Assembly: GCA_028534125.1 (NCBI GenBank)
Contig: CM052832.1
Location: 9,984,001 to 10,048,000, forward strand
Direction: 5' to 3'
Source: Lama glama
Taxonomy: Eukaryota
DNA: 64,000 nucleotides
A program made the translations under genes and the position numbers. How positions within the stretch are numbered: position 1 is the stretch's first letter; each line of letters begins with the position of its first letter. Below, in pieces: positions 12,280-25,700 of this stretch. A model generated the notes under the pieces. That model was not told where the DNA came from. It worked only from the letters and a program-made list of their open reading frames with translations, and ran no database searches.

Positions 12280-13130
12280 GGAGAGCGACGATTTCTGTCT
12301 GGGGCGCTGGTCCTGCCCTGAGGCAGGTCCTGGGCTTCCCTCTCTCTGGGTTCCCTTGGGAAGCCAGGGCATCTCCGAGCCTTCGGCCAGGCCCCGACGC
12401 TCCCGCAGACGCCGCCGCCGTCGGAAGGAAGGAAGGAAGCAAGGTCAAAGCCGCAGCCGCCTCTTCCGTTCTAGGGGAGTCTGCGGGCCGCCAGGGACTC
12501 CCACTTCCCCTGAGGATCCTGGCCCTTCGAAGATCGCGGGTGCGCAACGAGCGCCGCCTCGGAACGCGCCGGGTCCGCCTCTGAACCCTCCCTGGCCGGA
12601 AGTGACGAGTTCCACCTACCCTGGGGCCAAAGGGAGGACCCAAGGGCTAGGGTGCTTTCGGGGAGGGAAAAAGGGACGGCAAGCCCCACACGCGGAGAAA
12701 CCTTTTGTGCCTTTTTCGAGGGCCCATATGGTATACGCAGTATTAATTACCATAGCTTTTTAATTAACAACCGCTTAATCTGAGCCCTAACATTTGCCAC
12801 GACACCCCGCGCTTCGCCGCGAACCCGCGCCGTCCGCCCTGCCAACTCATCAATTAATTTTTATTGACGTTTTCTTCCCCAAACAGGCACAATACCAGGG
12901 TTTTCCAATTAACACCTCCGCGATCTCTAATTAGTGCAATTAACAGACTGATGGATGCCCGGAGTTTACCCGCGAGGGAGGGAGGGAAGGAGGGAAGGGG
13001 CGGGGCAGCCCCCAGCGCGCTCTCGCTCCGGGCGCGCTCCCTCCAGGGCGCACACGTGCCTGCGCGCAGCTGGAGAGGGGGCGCACCTCCAGCTCTTAGG
13101 AGAGCTCGGCGAGTGGGGGCGTGATCACAG
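12280..13130. promoter_or_regulatory. Intronic CpG island in FOXP4 intron 1 with an embedded TAAT-rich block
   Basis: CpG-dense at 12370-12720 and 12800-13120. ETS/CRE-like CCGGAAGTGACG at 12596-12607; several TAATT(A) motifs at 12740-12945. Confidence 0.75.
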
Positions 13131-13480
13131 GTAACCTGTACCCAGAGCTATGGTGGTGGTTTTGAGTTGAAATAGGAGACACCGTTTTCAGCCCTTTGGA
13201 AACCTAGAATCTATCTAGTCAAGGCACAAGCTGAAAGCCTGAGACAAGAAGTTGGGAAACTGGCTTCCAGCCCCAGCTCTATCACCAACTTGCTGTGTCC
13301 CTTGGGCCAAGTTGTTCTCCCCTTTCTCTTCTGTATAATGGGAGAAACTGGGCTAGATGTAGCCATATGTATACCCCTATTAACTTCCAAGAAAGACTGG
13401 GAAGCAGACTGCAATAAAAGACCGATAAAGCTACTTAAAACATAACATCATGGGGTAGAAGGAAGGGAGAAAAAATGGGC

Positions 13481-13655
13481 CAGAGGATCTCAAACTTGAG
13501 TGTATCAAAATCATTTTGGAGGGCTTGTTAAAACACAGATTGCTGGGCCCCATGCCCACAGTTTCTGATTTAATAGGACTGGAGTAGGCGTGAGAATTCA
13601 TTTCTAAAAAGTTCAGAGGTGATGCTGATGCTAGCTGTCCAAGGCAACAGGTCTC
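13481..13655. mobile_element. MER5A-like hAT-Charlie DNA transposon
   Basis: TCTCAAACTTGAGTGTATCAAAATCA..GGAGGGCTTGTTAAAACACAGATTGCTGGGCCCC...GTTTCTGATT...TGAGAATT..ATTTCTAA..AGTT...GGTGATGCTGATGCT closely follows the MER5A consensus as I recall it. Confidence 0.88.
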
Positions 13656-14009
13656 CAATGATGAGCACCAGCTTCAGTTATAAGCTTCCCAGTCGCCAAA
13701 ACGAGATGATCCATCTCCAAGACCCTTCATTCAATCAACGTGAATTTAGTGCCCGATCGAGCCAAGCACTGAGAACCCATCTGCAGGAAACTGAAATTCA
13801 ATCCTGGCCCTCTACATGCTTACAAGACTCAAACCAGTGCAGGTGTCCTGGATGCTTTGAGGGCAACTGGTTAATAATGGAGGTCCTATTCCCCCTCCCT
13901 TTTTTTTTTTCCTGGTTAAATCTGGTATCTCTTTTTGAAAGTTTAGCCACTAGTGGAAGTCATTCTTCTCTCTCCTCTGATGCTGGTCAGGAGAATATTT
14001 TACCAGCAA

Positions 14010-14355
14010 CGATCTTCATTCACTGGTTCAACAAATATTTAAGAACCTACCCATGTGCCAGGCTGTGTGTGTGCAGATCTGAACAGAACAGAGCACAGGC
14101 CCTGCTCTCTGAGCTAATGTTCCCAGGATATGAGGCAGATGATAAGTAAGGACACAAATACATAAGATCAAACAAAATAAATTCTATCAAATGTGAGTAC
14201 AGGGAATAAACAGGGGATCTAATTTACATAGGGTGGGGCAGGGAAGGCTTCTTTTTAAGGAAATGGCATTTATACTTAGAAATGAAGAATGGGTGGGTGT
14301 CAGTCAGGCAAGGTTTACAGTGAATACAGAGGGAACAGCATATGCAAAGACCCTT
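14010..14355 (-). mobile_element. LINE-2 3' fragment
   Basis: TTCATTCAC..TTCAACAAATATTTAAGAACCTACCCATGTGCCAGGC...CCCTGCTCTC..GAGCT...CAGGGAAGGCTTC...GGGAACAGCATATGCAAAGACCC. Confidence 0.75.
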
Positions 14356-15489
14356 ATTTTTCAAGAGAAGTTGCTGGTTTCAGACTTTTCCGGAGCAAAA
14401 AGTCTTTGAAAGGGACACATTTCTAGACACTATAAAAATACACACCAGTGGGTACCACACAGAACAGAGCATGAGGATGTCTTCTATCTCCCTCTTTCTG
14501 TTCCTTTCTTTCTAGCTGTCCTGCTATCAGATCTTACTTGTGTCAAGGGACAGAAAGCAGAGGGCTTTTCAGAGCAATAAGCTCTGGCATTACAGGTAAC
14601 TGAAGAATACTTCTCAATCTGCCATCCCAAGGCTCAGGAACCCCCTTTCCTATTCAGCTCAGGCCCCAAAGGCCCCCTGTTTTCAGGCCACCAGGTTAGG
14701 GGAGGGCTCAGACAGCAGCCACTTTTGGCCTCAGCTTTTTCTAACCAACTGCTCATTTGCCATCCTGATTACTGACCCTTCTCTGGTCACTTGGTACCTC
14801 TACAATTAGAACATGAGCAGTGAGGTCACCAGCCTGAGCCTTAGTTTCCTTATTTGTCATATGAAGCTCATACTAATAAACCTTCCCTTCAGTGTGGCTG
14901 TGGTATCAAATAAAATACATTCATGAAGAAGGCACTCAGGGAAGAGTATTTACTACAATTACGAAAACCCAGCAGGTCCAGAGCCCACCCCTTTATCCCA
15001 GCCCTATGGTTTGGCACTTGAGGAAAGTGAAGCAGAACCCAAGGGTTAGGATGCTCTATATCTCCAAACTGATTCCCAAACCAGAGCAGGCTTACATGAG
15101 TCCCATGACTACTTGGCTCTCCAATCAGCCCAGCAGTCTCTCCTCCAGCAGATGGGGCTCTCCGAGGCCCAGAAAAAGCTCAATCCCTCTCCAAGCCCTT
15201 GCCCTCCCTGTACCTTGGGGCTCTCCCTTGTGGGGGTCAGAGGCTGGCACCGTCAGTTTTCCTCCCTGTTCCTACTTCAGCCCAAGAGTCTCCCTAAATG
15301 ACACACTAGGAACTATCTGGTCCACCTTTAGAAACCAAAGTCTCTTCTTAGCACAGACCGTCCAGGCCCAGGAGCTGGTGAAAGTGGCAGGGTGAGGATA
15401 CGCCTCTCTAAGAGGGGGCAACAGTCTCTGATTTGGAAGGTGAGGCAAACACCATCGTGGCTTGTCTGCTCCAGGTCCTCTCCCAAGCT

Positions 15490-16060
15490 TCAAATTACTT
15501 TACTTTCTAATCATAAAAGTAAGACATCTTGGTAGAAACCTGAAGAAAATAAACAAATAGTAACTGTAAGTCTACTACCCAGGTTATTCCCTTTTGGAAC
15601 CCACTCCTTCTCGCCTCGTCCACGTTCACTCTCTTTGGGCATATTAACATTTAAAACGTGAAATTGGGTTCATAATCTGTACATGGTTTGAATTTTCCTG
15701 TTTTCCCACTCACCATTTACTATCATAACCATTTCCACATGACATCAAATATTTTAAAGAGCAGTTTTTAGTGACCACCGAGTTGCTTGAATGGGCTGTA
15801 TGTCCCAGAATTTATTTAGCAAACCCCCTAGAGTTGGACATCCAGATTGTTACCTATTTTTCCACTATGACACTGCAATAAACAACCTTACGCGAACAGA
15901 ATACTCTCCAATTCTATTTGATCAGGATACATGTTTTAAGTGGAATTGCGTATTTTTAAGGCTCTTGATACATTTATTCTCTAGCGGACATCCATAAAAT
16001 CTGTACCAATTTTGCTCTGCCTTCAGCAATGCACCCCTGTCCCAGAGGTCTCACAAGCCC
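15490..16060 (-). mobile_element. Ancient LINE-1 fragment (L1ME-like)
   Basis: AT-rich block with AATTTATTTAGCAAACCCCCTAGAGTTGGACAT...TGCAATAAACAACCTT, resembling the antisense of an old L1 3' end. Confidence 0.55.
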
Positions 16061-16319
16061 CTCATTTTTTTTAGTGATCTTCCTCCATTCTCCACAGCTC
16101 CTTCTCCAGAAGATTCTCAGATACTGCAGAAGGCATTCAGAACCCAACAATACTGACTCCGTCAAACCTGGGAGCATAGCTGGGTGATGGGCCTCTGCTG
16201 TGCACAGCTGGTCCTGGCATCTGGGCACACTCAAGGGAATAAAACACAGCCCTTGCTTTTGGGGGTGATGGGAGGCTTACTGTTTGGTGGAGAAAGAGAG
16301 ACACATTGGCAAACACAAG

Positions 16320-16465
16320 CATTAAAAAATGCCCATACCTAGGCTCTACCCTGGTTCAATTCATTTAAACTCTCTGGGGAGTGGACACAGGCATGGATAA
16401 TTTTAAAAGCTTTCCCAAGTATTCCAAACTTCAAGAACAGCCAGGATTGAGAACCTCTGCCCTAC
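16320..16465. mobile_element. MER5-family (MER5A1/MER5B-like) fragment
   Basis: AAAAATGCCCATACCTAGGCTCTACCC...TCTCTGGGGAGTGG..CAGGCAT...TTTTAAAAGCTTTCCCAAGT...CAGCCAGGATTGAGAACCTCTG. Confidence 0.7.
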
Positions 16466-19400
16466 ACAACACACACAACTTTACAAATATTATGTTAAGT
16501 AGATACTGGGTGAGGGACTACGGGTTCCAGGGGCCTAGGGGGTAGGGGTCTGGGAAGACTTCCTATAGGAGGTGACTTCTGAGCTCATGTCTTAAGGAAG
16601 TGAAGCCTGGGCACATAATCTGTGAGTATATTTTAACAACAACCATTCCACTCACAGAGCCCTTGAAAGTCTTTTCCCATAAGCTGTCACACACATCTCA
16701 CTCTGACAGATGAAGGAACCACATTTCGAAGATGCTCAGTGATGTGACTAGGTCACCTGGCTGCTGGGAGTTTGAGCCAGACGGAAACCCTACAGCATTT
16801 CTGACTCCCAAACCAGTGCTCTCCACGCCCTCTCCCCCAATTTCACCTCAGAGATGGCAAAGCTGAGGGGCAGTGGAGGTCACTCTGGAATCTCCCTGGA
16901 ATACAAACCTTTCCTCACCACCACCACCACGCCCTTTACACTGGCTCTGGCCCCTAAATGCTCCCACCAGGCCCTAGCAAGGTGGGCCTCCCTCAAGACT
17001 CCTTCTAAGTACCATGACCAAAAGGAAGAATTAACAATAAGAAAAAGAAAAAAGAAATAGAACCAAAGATCCCACTCCATCTCATTAAGAAAGTAAACAT
17101 AAGAGCCATCTAAGTGTCTAATTAAGCTTCTAATTAGTCCCTGCTTGTTACTAATGCAAATTAGATTACTCCGCTTAACTACAGCATGTCCACAACACCC
17201 TTGTTAATTGCGGCCTTTTGAAATTAAATTACTCCCTAATTAGCATATCAAAGCCATTGATTCGGAGCTGGGAAAGATGAGGGCAAGAGGAGCCGAATGC
17301 CAAGTTTGGTTAATCAGAGATAGCTAATTAAATAGTGCCGTCTTTCGTGGGGGGCCTGCTGGTTAAGGGGTGAGGTACTCACCCAGGGCCTGAGTGGCCA
17401 TCTGGAGCCTGATTCTGGTGGTGCCCTTAGCACCAGGGGCTCCCATGGGCACAGGAGGGGCTCTGGCCAGCCTGGGACAGACCAGTGTCTGACCCTCTCT
17501 GGGCCCCTCAATGCTCTGCCTAGCCGGCCTCTGACATGCCCTGGCCCCTCCTTTTGTCTCCCCTGATGATATCTAGGGGTGGCATTCACAGGGATCTTGG
17601 GTACCAACTCACGGGCATCCAAAAAACACATCCATATTCAAATGTGCAAGATTCAGCATCCTTCCACAGCTCTCCCTGTTCCAGGATGACTTTTGGAAAG
17701 GTGACTTCTGCCCAGTGCTTCTCTAGTCCCCACCTGTGGTTCTACTCTTGGAAGAAAGTCTCCCCTCCCCCGACAAAAAGTATGTAAGTTTAGGGGGGCA
17801 GGTAAGAGGGTGAAGACTTCCATAGAGGGGCTCACCTGGGCAGAGATGGGCTGGTTTCAGCTTAGAACAAACCCCTCAAGACACAAGAGCCTGTAATTCC
17901 CTCCGTGGTAGAAAGAAGGGGGAAAAAAAAATCCACTGCCATCAGTTCTTTAGCAGCTGTGTGAGAATTAGATATGTGCCAGAGTGCCCTTACAGAGACT
18001 GAGCTCTCCTACAGACCCTGCAGAGTCTGCAGACACCTGCCTCTCTGAGCTCCTCCTAGAATACCGAGGACAGGCAACATCTCTATGACAAAGTTGCTAA
18101 TCAAAATGCCCTCAGGGGCTAGATGGGTGCCCAAGGAGGCCAAGTGAGAAGTGGAGGATGCTCAATCCCAGTCTATCTTTACCACACAGAAATGTAGGCT
18201 CAGAGTTTGGACAGGGTTTGGGTTTATCGAAAGAAGCCAAGTGGGGATATTTATGTGAAATTCACCACTGTAATAAACTTTGTGTGGGCCAACAAAACAC
18301 ATAAGAGATGAGGTTAGTCCATTTGTGACTTCAGCCCTTATGGCTAGCATTCCAGAGAAGCAGGTACCAGTCAGCTGTGTGACTCTGGACAAGTTACATC
18401 ACCTCTCTGGGCCTCTCAAACAAGAATAAGAGGGTATGTGAAATGGCAAAGCACAGTTCCTCCAGGGTCTGGTCCCATCTAGCTCTACTCTGTGTCTGCC
18501 ATAATCCCTTCCCAGACTGGGATGTCTTCTAGAACCTTCTTCCATCGTCCATGCAGAAAGCAGAGTCTGGGCTTTCAGGTGTCCTTGGAAATTCTGAGGG
18601 CTCATTCCTACAAATGCCTGACCTGGCTGTTGGGCAGTTAGAAGGTGCACACCTGTGCCCTCTGCCCCTACATTTAAACAGATTACCCTATAGGGGAGCA
18701 GCAGATCCTAAATGCCTCTTCTAAAAAAGACAGAACTTTCACAAGAACAAAATCGTAATGACTGATAGGTCCCTAGCCTGGCCCTTCAGTGTCCCCCTCC
18801 CCCATCTAGGGTGTGGGGGGAAGCGGGGGGTGGGGGGATACTCTGTCCCCAGCCTTCCCCTAGTCCCCAGTACTCCTCTCCAAGTTTCCCCTGCAGTACA
18901 CATGCACACAACATCAGGGTCAGGGCCAAACTCCCGAAGGGTGAGGTTTTGCAGATTTAAGGAGAGATCAAACAGGGCCTGGGGAGAGGAAACCCTCCCC
19001 ACCCACCTCAGGCTCAGAAGGGTGAATCCCAGGTAGTGCCCAATCCATGGGTATCCATACAAGCCAAACTGGGCTAAAGGGTCCACAGCTGTGGTTTTAT
19101 TTTAGAAAATAAGTGGAGTTTAAAGCAAGGTAGGAAAAGAGAAATGGGGAGAGGTGAGGCTGTCCCGGTATGAGGGGGAGGGCAGAACGGTGCTGCACAA
19201 GGGCCAGACTGCAGCCTGCCTCACTGAGCTCTCTCTCCCAACGAGATTCAATTAATTGATAACAAGAAGCATCAAATTAATTTCTGGAGGATGTGAGATT
19301 CTGATGAAGGGAAATCTCGTCGATGGGGATCGGGTGGGAAGGGGCGGGCAGCGCCCCCTTTAATCAGGCTCCGTGACCTAATTGGGGAGGAGGAGACTTG

Positions 19401-19714
19401 CCTAAGCCACAGGGTCGCCTGCCCTGCGCTCCACAGCGCCCCACAGCGCCCCTTTCGGGCAGGATCCGCAGAAGCAGTGGGCTTCAGAGGGGTGGAACAA
19501 AGGGGGCCAGTCTCTTCTCATCAAACGCCCAATCCTCCAACCCCACAACCAGCAGTTGTGGGAAGGCGGGGAGTGGGGAGTGTGGGGGCGGCGGTGGAGG
19601 GGAGTGTGGGTCTCCCTCACCGACTGTACAGTTAGGAAAACCGAGGCCCAGAGAGAAGACCGCCAGGCCTAAGATCTGAGAGAGAATAAGTAAGCTGGTA
19701 GCAGTGTGCTTACA

Positions 19715-19741
19715 CGTGCCCCTCGTGCCCCTCGTGCCCCT
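19715..19741. repeat. Perfect 9-bp tandem repeat (CGTGCCCCT)x3
   Basis: Directly visible. Confidence 0.95.
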
Positions 19742-22700
19742 CACAGCTGAGTCCCAGACTAGCTAAGTCATCCCCAAGCTCAAGGAGGTCAGCAAACAGC
19801 ATGGGAGACCCTCCCTGTGGCTAAAAGACAGGGGCCACCCGCCCCCTCTTCCAGAGTTCCCTGAACCCCCAGCTCCCCCAGCATCTTCTCAGCACTCCTG
19901 GCGGTGGTGAGGGCCACACACATCTGGTGCGTGCGTCCCGGAGCTCTGGTCTCAGAGATCAAGGAGCTTCCTGCACCTCGCAGCACTGATGCACTCGAGG
20001 GGGCTCAGGGAAACGCTGGCTGGGCTGGCAACCCAGAGCAAGTGCGCTCAGCAGGGGCGGGAGGGGCGGGAGACCCGGGAGCCACGGCTTTCCTGGAAAC
20101 CCGGGAGCCTTCCTAAAGGAAGGATTCTCCCAAATGGACCAACTGTACACCCTCAACACACCCGCCCTGGCAAGTGCCCTGGCTCCCACCAGAGATGCGG
20201 AACCCTCAAGAAGCTTTGCAGCCCAAGCCGCCACTTCCTCAGCCTCCTGCAAACCCTGATCTTCCCATCTCTCCCCCAAATTCTCCCCAGCCGGGTGCCC
20301 TTTTCATCTAGGGTGGAATACACATCTGCCCAAAGAACCCCCTGAAGGAGAGAAAGGAGGAAGTATATGCTACCCTCTTTTGGACCAGCTTCTTTCAGCC
20401 TGGGTCTCCTGAAGTGTGGGCTCCAGAGCCAGGGACCCAAATCGGAGGGAGCCCACCAGGCAGGAGAAACAAGAACAGAAGCCCCTTCACTGGCCCACTG
20501 GCCAGTGTCCCTTCACACAGCTCAGCCCTCCTGAAGGCTCTCCCAGGCCAGCACCAGCATCCCGTCCCGGCTGGGGAGTATTAGGACTGGAGCCTGCCTC
20601 CAGTCACCAGCACCTATGGGAATGATCGGCACTGGGGTACTTGCTCCATTTCTGATTTTCCAAGTTGCAAGAGAGCCACCTCTTATTAAACCTCTACCTA
20701 GACTCAGGCAGGCCACTGCACACAGGGATCACTCGACAATGCTGTGGAATGGAGAGGAGTCACGCCTCCATTCCCTGACCCACCCTGCCCTCCAGTCACC
20801 ATGATCTGTTCCTCCTTTACTGGTGGTGGGAATTCTGGGTAACTTCCACCCGCTGACCCTGCCTACCTTGAACGTGAAATGCAGAGGGTCACTATTCCAC
20901 ACAATCCACTTTGTTACTGTCTGAGGAAAACCCACCATCTGCATGAGAGCCCAGGTCAGGTGCCATCAGAAACTCCTAGTGAAAGAGAAAACACCGTTTC
21001 CCCCTGTCCTACACCACCAACGACCCCATGCACCCTCAGGTCACAGCTCCAGAGGCTCCAGCTGGGCAGAGTCTGGGGCCCAGAGGGAGGTAGGCAGAGC
21101 TGCTGGGATTTGAGGAACAAGTTGTATGGCTGTGGCCAGGGCTCAGGGGAAGAAAGACGCAGGGCTGCACTGGAGCAAGGGACAGCCAGGCAGACCCTGA
21201 GAGGGGGAGTCCTGGGACAAGGATCAAGAGAAGGAAGGGCACTGGCCTGGCCCAGGCGTGGATGGCTCCTTCGAGGCACCAGAAGCTTCGACTCTATGGC
21301 CAGCATCCTGTGGCCTTGTCCAAGAGGCACCTTTTGTGCTGGGAGCTCTTAATTTCCAGCCAGGCAGGCATGCCCCGAGGCACAGGGCCCGCCAGGCACC
21401 ATCCCACAAGGCCACTGCATCAGCAAGCCTCGAGATTTGGAGTAAAGAGGGTTCCTGCAGTGATCCTGGCATGGTGGATCTGGCTGTGGGCAAAGGTGTG
21501 CATTTCTACGGAGAATCCGGGAAGATGATGCTGAAAGAGGCTGCAACTTCACACTCATAGTAAGTTTCTTTTTGCTTCTTCAAGATGATCTATCCAAGGG
21601 TAGGTCCCAAATTGATCTGAGACTAGCTGCCAAACTTGTCTTCCACAGGCTGTGTAAGCCAGGGTTCCAAACCATAGACACCTCCCTTTTAGGAAAGAGG
21701 TGGTGCCAAACACTTTTCCTCCCATTTTTGTCTCCATGAGCACTTTATGATGCTCCTGGATGGAGGATGACTGGACCTTTTAGGGGCATATGCAGGTGGG
21801 AAATGCCAAATTTTCACCCCAGACCCTCTTTAAAAGGAAAGACAGGAAGAAGACCCACAGCTTTCTCATTGGAAGGCTGAGGGGAGACCTTGGCCTGAGC
21901 TTCTGAAGGAGGGAGGAAGAAAGGCAGGCCCTCCCATCCCCTCCTTTCTTGCTTCCCCAGAGCAGAGGCTCGAGCCCTACTGGTTGTGCTGGGAGTTCTA
22001 GGAGTCCCACACTTTAGCCTCAGCTCTACCACTAACTGTATAACCTCAAACAAGTTGCTTCTTTTCCTAACCCCTAAAACAGAGGTTAATACTCAAGCAT
22101 TTCCAGTATTCAGTCCAGCATGTGGCCTGGCAGTGCTAGGAATCTTATAATAAAAGTCACCCCTCGGTCAGTACTACCATGAGCCAGGCCCTGTGCTAGG
22201 GTACTTACATCTGCTCTTGAATCCCACTCCCCCAAACAGGCTCTAATAGCTACTATTGACCTACTTTACACACAAGAAAATTGAGGTTCAAAGAGCTTAA
22301 CTAAGGTCCCCAGAGTCCCATCACTACTGGCAAGTTCTAAAGCCTTTTCCCCTGTGACCCAAGTTCTGCCCTGGGAGGCCTGACTTCCTTGCCTTGGGTT
22401 CCAGAGTACTGGAACCAAGGTGGAGGAAGCCATTTCAACCACTGGAGCCTCAGAATCTTATCAAAAACAGTGCCTGCCCTGCCTTGGTCTGGGAGGCTGG
22501 AAGAGTTGTAAGATCTGAAGGGAAACTGTGTGGAGCTCCCTGGATGGAAGAAATTACTACTTTGCAGTTTGGGTTATTAGAAAAGTAAAGATATTGTGCC
22601 TGCCTGGGATGGGTATGGAGGGGCTTGCATTTCAGCTGGAGAGATGGGAAAACCACCAAGGCAGTGGGGCAGCGGAAGGGTCGGAAGGGTTAGGACGCAG

Positions 22701-25700
22701 GGAAGGAGGGTGCAGCTACACCAGGTGTGGCAGATCAGGGAAGCCGTCTAGGGGAGATGACCCTTCTCTCCCCTTGCACCTCACACCCCTCCTCTGAAAC
22801 AGACACCCTGCTCCCACCCTCCTCTTTCTGATGTGGTATGTTATCTGTCTCTCCTACCTTGACAATGTGCAGACCCCCAGCCTTCACTGCTTGGGCACTC
22901 CAGTGCCCAGCCTGGGACCTGCCCAGACAGAGCAGGGGCTCAGCAAACATTTGGGGAATTAGTGGATTAAACGATCCCCCCCCACCCTCCCTGCTTTCCT
23001 GCCCCTAAGGAAGAGATGTGTTTGGAGTAGGGGCCCAGCAGGATATGCACATTCCTGGCAAGAAGGGACCTACCTGCCAGCAGCCAAAAATAAAGTTTCT
23101 GGCCAAAGGCAGAGGAAAGGGGGTGGGGGTGGGGTGTCTAGGTGTGACAAAGGCAGCTACACAGAAGGGGACAGGGGAGCAGGTCCTTTTGGAAGTTGGG
23201 CCCAACCTGCCCCCTCCCCACATTCCCCAGCACTGGTGTCAGGCCATTCTCTCCCCAGGGCTCAGGGGCTCCCCAACTCCAACAACTCTGAAACGTGCCA
23301 GGAAGTGAGAGGACAGAAAACCCCACCCAGGGCCCAGCCCTCAGTGCCAGGAGAGAAGGTTCCCATGGTCTCCCCCAGTTTAGTGCCACGACTGGGATCA
23401 GGGTAAGGTAGTAGGCAGGGAACCAGGAGGGGATTCAGATCTTACAGGGGTCCTGAGGGGGTAGGGGAGGTAGAACTGCCTCAGTGCCACTTCCTCCAAT
23501 GCCACTTTGCCCCACTGATGAGAGTGAGAGTGACACCAGATGGGAAGCCCCATGAGACACAGCCTGCTTTTGAGAGGCTCAGATCTAAGGGTGGCAGAGA
23601 GAGCAAGCTGTCCAGGTGCCCTCAGCACAGTCCCAGGGCCCTCCCTCCAGCCTTCTAGGTGACAAAGGGCCCCAGAACCCAGGCAAGACACAGTTTCTCA
23701 AGTTAAAACAAAAACAAAAAACAAGCCTACAGATTTCCTCTCCCCTGCGGAGGTTTTCTGCCAGGTTGGGCAGAGATTGTCTGGGGCAGGAGCTGTCTGA
23801 GGTGGATGGTTCCCCTTTGGGCAGCTGGGGCCCAGCCAAGTCCTCATCCCTGCACCCACCCACTGGCTCACCAGCAGGGTCAGGGGCTTGAAACGCTCAG
23901 CGCTGGCAGCGTTCAGTTCTGGTTCTCAGAAAGAGAGCTTCTGGGTTAAAATTCTCCGTGTTGAGATCTCCATAACCCACTGCGTTCTGAAGTGGGGCTG
24001 GTCAGACCCTCCTGCGGCTAGAGGCCGTACAGACAATCCTGCTGCTCCTTTCTGGGTGGGGAAGGGGGGCACCCAGGAGAGCCTCCAGCTCCAGCCCTAG
24101 CTGCCTCTCAAACTGCACCCCATTGGCCCTCAATCCCATACCTAACACAGTTCACTCTGGGACAATCCAAATACGTGCTTTAAAACAGGGGATGAAGATG
24201 CTGAAGTTCAAGTGAAAACCCGCATTGGCCAAAATGCTCATGGGCTTCCTCAGCAACCACCGGGATGACAGTTTCAGACTCAGGTTTCCTCCTTAAGGCA
24301 ACCTGTCTCCAACCCCTGCTCCAGGCTCCGAGGTCAACCAGCAGGGAGACCTTGGCTGGAATGGGAGAACTGTGGTGATCTCCAGACGCCTTAAACACAG
24401 GCGAGGAGTGAGTGAAGAAATCAGCCAGGTGGGCAGGAGAGGCCGGTGGTCTAAAGGGATGAGCCGGGTGTTCTATGGGCTCAGGGTTTCCATGTTCCCA
24501 TATTCTCTACTCCCAAACTAAAGAGTCGGTTAGGATGTGATGCGTTTATGAGGTCGTCCCAGTTGGAGAAAAGGAATTTCGCAGCCGTTAGGGCCTTTGA
24601 TTCAGAATCCGCGTCCCGCGAAATCACACGGTCCTTTGCCGGGGAGGCCGGGACCCCTGGTCGCTCCGGGCACCCCGCATTCTAGCGCCACGGCTCTAGA
24701 TGGGCTCTGCCCAAGTTAGTTAGTTTGGCGTTGATGGGGAACGCGAAGCTGGAGTTGGCGCCGGGGTGACCACCGCTCAGAGAGGTGTCTGCAGGGGGCT
24801 GTCCAGGGGAAACGCCACAGTTCTCAGTCTGGGGGAGGGGAACCTGCTTGGTCACTCCGGGACACCCTTCCCAGGCAGCCTCTGAACCTTGCTGCCGCCC
24901 TCTTTTCTCCCCTACATGGTGAGGCGGGGGATCTCCCCAAATGGGGTGAATAAAGATATTGGCTGGGTCAGCCCTCCACCCTCCAGCAGCCGCGCACAAA
25001 ACCACAAGGGGCCATTTCCAGACGCTCTCAAGTCCCCAAGAAGTTTTTCGCTGTATCTCTGAGCTGACCGATGGAAGGGGGAAAGGGGTTTACTGGCCCC
25101 GGAACCTCCAAGGTGCTACCTCGGCAAAAGGAATCCCCTTCTCACCCGAGGCGACGCGGCGGGTAGAACCGCGGTCCACTCCCCAATCTGCCTCCAACGC
25201 GTCTTAGGGAGTCTTCGACCGACTGGGTTTGGGGGAGCCCATTTCACCACTTCCCTCCCCGGCTCAAGAAAGTCCGGGCTGGGAAGTACTCTTTGTCTGA
25301 CTCGGGGCGGGGGAGGGGGTCGCGCCCCCAGACACCCCATTCCTCGCGGCCAGGCCGGGAGGGGGCGGGGCCCAGATTCTTGTGGGGGGAGGGTGGGCCT
25401 CCAGGAGCCTTTCCAGCACCCCCACTCCGGCGGACCTCCGCTGCTCCCCCGGCAGCCGCCGCGCCGTAGCCCCCACCTGTTCCCCCGGCAGCTCCGGGTC
25501 GCGGGGGCCCGGGCCGGGGGCAGGGTGTCGCGGCTGCGCAGGGTCAGGGCGCCGCAGCCGGCCCCGGCTGGAACAAAGTGCGCCGGCCTGGGCCCGGCTC
25601 CTCCCGGCGCCCGGCGTCTCCGGCGGGCAGTTTGCAAACACAAAGTGAGCCAGTGAGCGGGCGAGAGAGTGCGCGAGCGAGGGAGTTGGTCTGGTCGCCG

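Noticed and set aside
19426..19452. REST/RE1 site (ACAGCGCC half-sites; also TTCAGCACC at ~50395)
   Set aside because: Only isolated half-sites; no full TTCAGCACCNNGGACAGCGCC.
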